Source of the DNA: Pedosphaera sp.
GTDB lineage: Bacteria; Verrucomicrobiota; Verrucomicrobiia; Limisphaerales; SIBH01
Reading direction: 5' to 3'
Length of the DNA stretch: 32,620 nt
Assembly: GCA_031414955.1 (NCBI GenBank)
Contig: JANOQV010000141.1
Span: forward strand, 1-32,620
Under the pieces are notes generated by a model. It did not search any database, had not been told where the DNA came from, and saw only the letters and a list, made by a program, of their open reading frames with translations. Within the stretch, counting starts at the first letter, position 1. The number at the start of each line of letters is the position of its first letter. The position numbers and the translations under genes are program-made. This document shows positions 26,070 to 32,620 of the stretch, piece by piece.

Positions 26070-27758
26070 ATGCCTAATATCATTACTCGACGTTCCTTCC
26101 TCTCGAACACTGGACGCGCCGCCGCCGGCCTGGGCCTGGCTTCGCTGATGAACATTCCGCCCTTCCTCAAGCGCGCCCTGGCCGAGGGGAACATCGGCCT
26201 CAACGGCAAGAAGCTCATCTTCATCTTCCTGCGCGGCGGCAACGATGGCGTGAACAACATCATCCCCGTGCTGGATCCCAGCTATCGCGGCACCGGGAAC
26301 ACACTGCGCAACTTCATCGGAATGCCGACCGATCCGCTCCTCGACTACTCCGCCGCCACCGGGCAGGCGGACAGTGTGCCCATCGACTATCCGTACGCGG
26401 TGCGCCTGGGCAATGGCTTCGCCACGCTCAATCCCGCGCTGCGCGATTTCGCCCCGATTTTCAATGCGGGCGACGCCGCCATCATCCAGCGCGCGGGCTA
26501 TCGGAGCCTTTCCCGTTCCCACTTCGATTCCGAGCAGTATTGGGAGAAGGGCACGGACGGCACGTCGAGCAACAAGTCCGTGGCCAACGGAATCTGGTAT
26601 CGCACCGTGGTCGAGTCCGGCTGGAATCAGAGCCACGCCCTTTCCGGCGTGAGCCTCCAGTCGAACATGCCGGCCAGCCTGCGCGGCGAGCAGCCGATGA
26701 CGAACCTCAGTTCGATTGGCCGCTACAATCTGCTCGGGGTTTACAGCGCCTCCGGTTCCACCAACCTCGACCGCGTGAAAATGTTGAACGCACTCGACCC
26801 GGCCTATCTCCAGCCCTTTCCGGCCAAGGATAATCGCGACCTGGTCCACACCCTGGGCGTGCAGTTCCGGGATACGCTCGACATCTTCCAAGATCCGACC
26901 TTCCAGAATAACACCTGGGTGGAGACGCAAGGAGCCAGTCCCGGAGTGACCTATCCGAACGGGACCTATCTTTTCCCCGGCAGCACGGCGCAGGACACCA
27001 TCGCCGGAGTCAGCCCCATTCCCGCCGTCACGCCCGCGACCTATCGCGTGGGCAGCGGCGGCTACGGGTTCATGAACAATATCCGCAGTTGCGCGCAACT
27101 CTTGAACAACACCGACGCCATCATCACCGGCACGGAGATTGGCGGCTGGGACACGCACACCGCGCAAGTCACTTATGATGCGGCCAACCTGGTTTCGCTG
27201 CCCCATCTCGGCGGACAGGCCAACTTGCTCCGCCGGGTCGCCGCGGCTTACTACGGGTTGTGGCGCTACTTCAGTCTCTACGGCAAAGGTGGCCCGAACG
27301 AAATTCCTGGGGCCAAAGTCGGCTGGGATGACGTCGTGGTCGTGACCATGTCTGAGTTCGGGCGCACCTCCCTGGAAAACGATTCGCAAGGCACCGACCA
27401 CGGTGAATCCAGCGCCATGTATGTCGCGGGCGGCGCGGTCAACGGCGGCGTGTTCGGCTGCGACCTCGGGACCAATCCCAAGCTCGTCACCGCCACCAAC
27501 CCCACCGGTCTCAACTGGCAGGTCGGCACCGGCCTCAAGAATGGCTCGCTCTACAGCGCCGACACCAATGTCGGCTACCTCCGCCGCACCATCGACTACC
27601 GCAGCGTCCTCGGCGAAATTATCCGCGAGCATCTCGGCGCCACGCAGAACCAGCTCAACCGGATCATCCCGGCCTATGCCAACGAGGCGGCCGAGCGCCT
27701 GCTCAACGGGGGACTTGTTTCCACCACCCCGATCGTCGGCGAGTTGGGCCTCATCTGA
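26070..27758 (+). CDS. Tat-exported DUF1501-family protein (DUF1800 partner)
   Basis: TRRSFL Tat motif, FIFLRGGNDGVN, SRSHFDS, GGWDTH, MSEFGRT..EN...GTDHG, IDYRSV; 18 bp after DUF1800. Confidence 0.92.
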   Translation: MPNIITRRSFLSNTGRAAAGLGLASLMNIPPFLKRALAEGNIGLNGKKLIFIFLRGGNDGVNNIIPVLDPSYRGTGNTLRNFIGMPTDPLLDYSAATGQADSVPIDYPYAVRLGNGFATLNPALRDFAPIFNAGDAAIIQRAGYRSLSRSHFDSEQYWEKGTDGTSSNKSVANGIWYRTVVESGWNQSHALSGVSLQSNMPASLRGEQPMTNLSSIGRYNLLGVYSASGSTNLDRVKMLNALDPAYLQPFPAKDNRDLVHTLGVQFRDTLDIFQDPTFQNNTWVETQGASPGVTYPNGTYLFPGSTAQDTIAGVSPIPAVTPATYRVGSGGYGFMNNIRSCAQLLNNTDAIITGTEIGGWDTHTAQVTYDAANLVSLPHLGGQANLLRRVAAAYYGLWRYFSLYGKGGPNEIPGAKVGWDDVVVVTMSEFGRTSLENDSQGTDHGESSAMYVAGGAVNGGVFGCDLGTNPKLVTATNPTGLNWQVGTGLKNGSLYSADTNVGYLRRTIDYRSVLGEIIREHLGATQNQLNRIIPAYANEAAERLLNGGLVSTTPIVGELGLI

Positions 27759-27856
27759 CCCGCACACGGCCTTGGTTCAGCACGCTCGGCGCGTCCCCAG
27801 GACGCGCCTGTTTTTTAAGCATGTCTTTCCGCCGTGGCGACCGGAGAATCACGCGC

Positions 27857-29131
27857 ATGAACCGGCGTAACTTTGTGGGAAACCTCTTGCGGGTCGGCGG
27901 CCTCACCGCTGCCGGGATGAACTTGGGCTGCCGGCACCAACCCCTCGCCCTCACCACCGAAGCATCGAAGCCGGTCCCGCTGCTGCTCGCATCGAATCCC
28001 CCGCCGGCCAAAGTCCTGAACGGCGTTGACGTCCTGGTGCGCGAAGATTTTGCCCGGCTCAAAAATCTCCGCCTGGGCCTCATCACGAACCACACCGGCC
28101 ACGATCGCCACCGTCGGGCCACCATCGATCTGCTGAAGGCCGCGCCCGGCGTGAAGCTAACTGCCTTGTTCAGCCCTGAGCACGGCATTCGCGGCGAGTT
28201 CGATTCCAAGATCGACGACAGCGTGGATCACCAGACGGGCCTGCCGGTTTACAGTCTCTACGGCCAGCGCCGGGCTCCGTTGCCGGAACAGTTGCGCGGA
28301 CTCGATGCGCTGGTCTTCGACATCCAGGACATCGGTTGCCGCTTCTACACCTACCCGTCCACGATGGGTTTGTGTCTCGAAGCGGCGGGCAAAGCGAAGT
28401 TGAAATTCTTCGTGCTCGACCGCGTGAACCCCATCAACGGTCTCGCGCTCGAAGGCCCGCTGCATACCGGCAAGAGCAGCTTCGTGGCGTTCCATTCCGT
28501 GCCGCTGCGTCACGGGCTGACCGTGGGCGAACTCGCGCGGATGTACAACGCGGAAAAAAATTACGGAGCCGATCTCACCGTGGTTCCCATGGAAGGCTGG
28601 GCGCGAAAAATGTGGTTCGACGAAACCGGTCTGCCCTGGACCAACCCTTCGCCCAACATGCGCAGCGTGGCCGGAACGATTCTTTATCCCGGCCTCGGCC
28701 TTCAGGAAACGCCGTTGAGTGTCGGCCGCGGCACGGACAAGCCATTTGAAATCATCGGTGCGCCCTACCTGGACGACTTACGACTGGCCCAAGAGTTGGA
28801 ACAAGCCGCGCTGCCCGGCGTACGTTTCGTGCCCATCCGCTTCACGCCCACTTACAGCACGTTCAAGGACAAACCCTGCGCCGGCGTGGCCTGCATTATC
28901 ACTGATCGCGAGCGGCTGAATTCCGTGGACCTTGGCCTGACCATCGCCCTGACCGTGCAACGGCTTCATCCCGGAGACTACGCCCTGCCGAAGCTCAACA
29001 CCCTGCTGCAACACCCTGCGACGGTGGAGTCCGTGCGCGCCGGCCGTTCGCTCGCTGCAATCAAGCAGACGTGGGCGGGCGAATTGGAGAAATTCCAGAA
29101 ACGCCGGCAACCGTTCCTTATTTATTCCTAG
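27857..29131 (+). CDS. namZ: Exo-beta-N-acetylmuramidase NamZ (DUF1343), probably Tat-exported
   Basis: MNRRNF Tat-like start; GLITNHTG, LFSPEHGIRG, PVYSLYG, FDIQDIGCRFYTY, LDRVNP, PSPNM, SVGRGT.KPFE. Confidence 0.9.
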   Translation: MNRRNFVGNLLRVGGLTAAGMNLGCRHQPLALTTEASKPVPLLLASNPPPAKVLNGVDVLVREDFARLKNLRLGLITNHTGHDRHRRATIDLLKAAPGVKLTALFSPEHGIRGEFDSKIDDSVDHQTGLPVYSLYGQRRAPLPEQLRGLDALVFDIQDIGCRFYTYPSTMGLCLEAAGKAKLKFFVLDRVNPINGLALEGPLHTGKSSFVAFHSVPLRHGLTVGELARMYNAEKNYGADLTVVPMEGWARKMWFDETGLPWTNPSPNMRSVAGTILYPGLGLQETPLSVGRGTDKPFEIIGAPYLDDLRLAQELEQAALPGVRFVPIRFTPTYSTFKDKPCAGVACIITDRERLNSVDLGLTIALTVQRLHPGDYALPKLNTLLQHPATVESVRAGRSLAAIKQTWAGELEKFQKRRQPFLIYS

Positions 29132-29281
29132 CCCGTGAGTCCGGAATCCGGGCCGGTCAGACCTCGAAGGGCGACGAGGAGGTCGCTGTGCCGCACCACT
29201 CCGCCCACGCTCAGAGGTTGGCCACAGAGAGGAAAAAAGAGCAGACCCCGGCCAGTTCGTCGCGCCGCTTCACGGACGGCT

Positions 29282-29449
29282 TCAACGTCCCGAACGTGAA
29301 GCCGAACCTGTCTTCATCTGCCGCGCACCGCGATCCTCGTGCAGATCGCGCGACTGCTTGAAGTTCTTGTCCGTCGGCCGCGCGTTGACCGCCGGCTCGT
29401 TGCGGTCCGGCCCCAGCTTGCGTGAGGTCTTGATGGGTATTGTTTTCAC
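29282..29449 (-). CDS. Small basic hypothetical protein (~55 aa)
   Basis: GTG start; MKTIPIKTSRKLGPDRNEPAVNARPTDKNFKQSRDLHEDRGARQMKTGSASRSGR; mostly G/C-ending codons; fills an otherwise empty 400-bp gap. Confidence 0.45.
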   Translation of the reverse strand: MKTIPIKTSRKLGPDRNEPAVNARPTDKNFKQSRDLHEDRGARQMKTGSASRSGR

Positions 29450-29539
29450 GAGGGAAAGCTCGCTCCGAAGCACCCGGGCGGCTCACCTCCGGTTGACCAA
29501 AGCTACACCTCTGCGGACAAACCCTGCCCTGTTTCCAGG

Positions 29540-31048
29540 CTAGAATCCGTCGCTCAAGCCCTTGACCGCGCCGCTGGCTTCCAAAAACGCGCGCAGACCG
29601 GGGCGTTCCTCGGAATCAATCTTGCCGTTCGTGTTCTTGTCGAAGGTGGTCATCATCAACTGCACCCGCTCCCGGGCGCTCGCGCGCGTGTCTTCCTGCG
29701 CCCGGTCGATGAAGAGGTCGATGTTGTGTTCTTTCTTGGCCTTCTTTAACTCGGCCAGTTCCGCGTCGCGCGCGGGGATGACGGTCAAGGTCATGGCGCC
29801 CATTTCGTCCGTGGTCATGGGTCCCCACTTCACCCGCGCCGGCGGGCGGGTGGGATTGTTCCGGTTCCCCTCGGAGTTGTCGTAGGTGATGGTGGCGTCC
29901 AGCCGCGTGCCTTTGGGCAGCTTGATGCGGTTCTGGTAAGCGCAGTCTTCCTGCCAGTTGAAATCCCAGTCGGCGATTTTCAGAAGCGTCTGCTGTTGGC
30001 CATCCGGCAGGGTGGCCGTGAGCAGAAACGTCTTGCCGAGGTAATGCGCGTGGGGCGTGACGGAGATGGCTTCGAGATCGATGGGCGTGGTGAAGGAATC
30101 CTTGATCGTGTAGTTGGTCGCGCCGGCCGGAATGTCCAGCCCGCTCAACCGGGCGAAGAGCGGCGGAAGCTGGAGAGTGGTGAACTTGCGCGTGGGCGGC
30201 TGGTCCGCGAAGTAGATGCCGACCGAGGAGGATTCGTGCTCGACCTTGCCGTTGGGATGGAAATGAGTCTGGAGCACGAGGTCGCTGTTGGTCGGGAAAT
30301 GCCAGGCCAGTTCCGGCGGCAAGGTCAGCGGTTCGCCGCCCAGCGCCCAGCCCCCAAGCGATTCAAACTGGCGGTTGGAACGGTTCCCTCCGTTGTAACC
30401 GGGCTTGGGATCGCGCTCGTCGAACTTGCGCGCGTCGCCGGTGGTGTCGAGGTAGTAGAGCGCATGATGGACGACGCTGCGGGCCTGGGGCCGGAACTCG
30501 ATGGCCCGCACCCATTTGCCCTCCGGCAGATTCAGCGGCAGGACGAAGTTCCAGTAGATGTCGCGGCCCTCGGCGCTGACTTCGTACGGCTCGGGCATCT
30601 TGACAATGAGATCGGGTTTTCCGAGCTGCCAGCCCTCGGTGAATTTCGGCGGCGCGGGGAGCTTCTTGGCCTCGCCCTCCTTCAAACCCTGTTGCACCCA
30701 TGCGCCGAGCAGCGCGATCTGCTTGTCGGTCAGGCGGCGCTCGTTGCTGAACTCCACGTAACCGTGGCCCGCGTGCCAGGGCGGCATGAAGCGCGATTGC
30801 GTCACCTCGGCGATCTGCTTGGCGTGCTTCTTCGCGTCCTGAAAGTTCAGGAGTGGGAACGGCGCGGCCTCGCCCGGCCGGTGGCAGCGCGTGCAGTTCT
30901 GAAACAGAATCGGCGCGACGTGCTCGGTGAAGGTCACGTTCGCTGGCACGGACTTCACATTGCCAGCCAGGACGGTGGATGCGCCCAGCACGGCGATCAG
31001 AGTCGCGGCGAGCCAGGAGTGATTCGACGAAGGGGTGTTGAGTTTCAT
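29540..31048 (-). CDS. Heme c-fused PHM/DbM-like copper monooxygenase with C-terminal EF-hand
   Basis: Signal peptide, CTRCH (aa 52) ...MPPW; VVHH (H194/H195), THFH (H262), PHAH (H333/H335), DEMG (M416); DKNTNGKIDSEE. Confidence 0.85.
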   Translation of the reverse strand: MKLNTPSSNHSWLAATLIAVLGASTVLAGNVKSVPANVTFTEHVAPILFQNCTRCHRPGEAAPFPLLNFQDAKKHAKQIAEVTQSRFMPPWHAGHGYVEFSNERRLTDKQIALLGAWVQQGLKEGEAKKLPAPPKFTEGWQLGKPDLIVKMPEPYEVSAEGRDIYWNFVLPLNLPEGKWVRAIEFRPQARSVVHHALYYLDTTGDARKFDERDPKPGYNGGNRSNRQFESLGGWALGGEPLTLPPELAWHFPTNSDLVLQTHFHPNGKVEHESSSVGIYFADQPPTRKFTTLQLPPLFARLSGLDIPAGATNYTIKDSFTTPIDLEAISVTPHAHYLGKTFLLTATLPDGQQQTLLKIADWDFNWQEDCAYQNRIKLPKGTRLDATITYDNSEGNRNNPTRPPARVKWGPMTTDEMGAMTLTVIPARDAELAELKKAKKEHNIDLFIDRAQEDTRASARERVQLMMTTFDKNTNGKIDSEERPGLRAFLEASGAVKGLSDGF

Positions 31049-31064
31049 AGGGTTGGGAAATCTT

Positions 31065-32411
31065 CTAGCCAGTGATCAATTCCCGCATCGGCTGCCAGCC
31101 ATCGACGAGATAGTGCGGGCGACCGGAGTGATCGGGCAGGGTGACGCGGTTCGGGTCGAGGCCGAGCTGATGGTAAAGCGTGGCGAAGACTTCGCCGAAG
31201 TGGACGCCGCGATCCGTGATTTCGCCGCCGAGCCGATCCGTCGCGCCGATGACCTGGCCGGTCTTCATGCCGCCACCGGCGAGCAGCGCGCAGCCAACCT
31301 GCGGCCAGTGATCGCGACCGCCTTCCGGGTTGATTTGCGGCGTGCGCCCGAATTCGCCCCACGCCACCACCGCCACGTCCTTGTCCAGGCCGCGCTCGTG
31401 CAAATCCTCGACCAGCGCGCTCATGGCCTGATCGAAAAGCGGCAGATGCGTGAGCAGTTCGCTGTGGTTGTCGCTGTGGAAATCCCAGCGCCCGAAATTG
31501 AGCGTGACGCAGCGCGCGCCGGCCTCGACCAACCGCCGCGCGATGAGGAAGTGCTCGCAGTTGCGCGGCGCGCCGTCGCCGTAGTTCTTGGGGTCGCCCT
31601 GGCCGTAACGCTCGCGCACCTTCGCCGGTTCTTTGCTCAGATCGAGCGCCTCCACCAGCTTGCTCGAGGTGAGGATGTTGAAAGCCTGTTGTTGAAAGGA
31701 ATCCATTCCCTCCACCGCGCCGCTGCGGTCGAGGTCGCGGCGGAAGTTATCGAAACCCTTGAGCAATGCCTGGCGATCCGCGAGACGATCCAGGGTCACG
31801 CCATTGAGCCGGAGGTCTTCCATGCCCGGACCATCGGGACGAAAGGCGGAGTGGCCCGGCCCAAGAAACCCCGGATGCCCCGGCGAACCATAGGGCGGAT
31901 GACCGGCCTTGGGCGCGAGTCCGACGAACGAGGGAATGGTCGGCTCGGTCGGGCCGCGCAGCTTGGAGAGCACGGCCCCCAGCGAGGGCCAGCCGCCCGG
32001 CGGCTGCTTCGGCACCGGCCGCCCGGTGTAACAGATGAAGGAATCGTGGTCGCCGTTGGGCGAGCCATACATCGTGCGGATGGGCACGAGCTTGTCCATG
32101 ATCTTGGCACAGCGCGGCATGTGCTCGGAGATCTGGATGCCGGGCACGTTCGTGTTGATGGGACGATGCGGCCCGCGAATCTCGAGCGGCGCGTCCATCT
32201 TCAGATCGAACATGTCCTGATGCGGCGGCGCGCCGACCAGATAGATCATGATCACGGCCTTGTGCGACTTGCGAAGGCCGTTGATCTGCTCGGCTTGCAG
32301 CAGTTGCGGAAGGGAAAGTCCGCCGAAGGCCAGGCCGCCAATCTTCAAGAAGTCCCGGCGCGATACTCCATCGCACAGACGACCGCCGGATTCCCCGAAG
32401 ATTTTAAGCAT
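31065..32411 (-). CDS. DUF1501-family protein (PVC type)
   Basis: CDGVSRRDFL, YLVGAPPHQDMFDLK, ARRLVEAG, WDFH, WGEFGRTP.IN..GGRDHW, GATD. Start ATG 32411. Confidence 0.93.
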   Translation of the reverse strand: MLKIFGESGGRLCDGVSRRDFLKIGGLAFGGLSLPQLLQAEQINGLRKSHKAVIMIYLVGAPPHQDMFDLKMDAPLEIRGPHRPINTNVPGIQISEHMPRCAKIMDKLVPIRTMYGSPNGDHDSFICYTGRPVPKQPPGGWPSLGAVLSKLRGPTEPTIPSFVGLAPKAGHPPYGSPGHPGFLGPGHSAFRPDGPGMEDLRLNGVTLDRLADRQALLKGFDNFRRDLDRSGAVEGMDSFQQQAFNILTSSKLVEALDLSKEPAKVRERYGQGDPKNYGDGAPRNCEHFLIARRLVEAGARCVTLNFGRWDFHSDNHSELLTHLPLFDQAMSALVEDLHERGLDKDVAVVAWGEFGRTPQINPEGGRDHWPQVGCALLAGGGMKTGQVIGATDRLGGEITDRGVHFGEVFATLYHQLGLDPNRVTLPDHSGRPHYLVDGWQPMRELITG

Positions 32412-32620
32412 GCTGAACGGCGAATTCTTACGCGATGCGAGCCTCGGAAGACAACCTGTTAAATGAAGCTCGGGCACGAACGGGTGCATCTTGACACTGT
32501 TCTTAAAGTGAGGTGGTCACGGTTCCTCGACCGGCAAAAACAAGAACATGGCTGTCGTGTCGTCACATGAAAAAAGCATCGCCCCCAAGTCAACCCAGTC
32601 CCGCGCCCAAGCCCCGGCCC

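Noticed and set aside
32548..32620. Possible 5' end of a plus-strand gene (ATG 32548 or 32567; TTGACA at 32491)
   Set aside because: Truncated by the window edge; frame and product cannot be decided.

Overview
GC-rich bacterial window, probably Verrucomicrobiota (Pedosphaera/Limisphaerales-like). This is inferred from PEP-CTERM, DUF1501/DUF1800, sulfatase and 'STNL..W...FYRV' tail-domain proteins. About 19 real CDSs; no rRNA, tRNA, CRISPR or transposase seen. The standout is a two-gene operon (4089-12162). It encodes an MbnP-MbnH fusion (WxW copper-binding domain plus His/Tyr-type di-heme MauG-like enzyme), followed 4 bp later by a 2081-aa secreted protein. That protein joins an intact galactose-oxidase-type copper radical oxidase to a lectin, Ig/PKD spacers, a beta-propeller, a second di-heme cytochrome c and adhesin-type repeats. 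Other content: a divergent GT-A glycosyltransferase with a CBM48 protein, a sulfatase, a cupin, a PrnC-like halogenase coupled to a ceramidase-like hydrolase, a UbiA prenyltransferase, a LysM protein, a B12 radical SAM, squalene-hopene cyclase, an EamA transporter, a DNRLRE PEP-CTERM protein, a DUF1800/DUF1501 pair, NamZ, a heme c-fused PHM-like copper monooxygenase and another DUF1501. Several REP/MITE-like inverted repeats occur. At least eight genes have sigma70-like promoters ending 6-8 nt before the start codon, suggesting leaderless mRNAs. All assignments come from motif recognition by eye; no searches were run.
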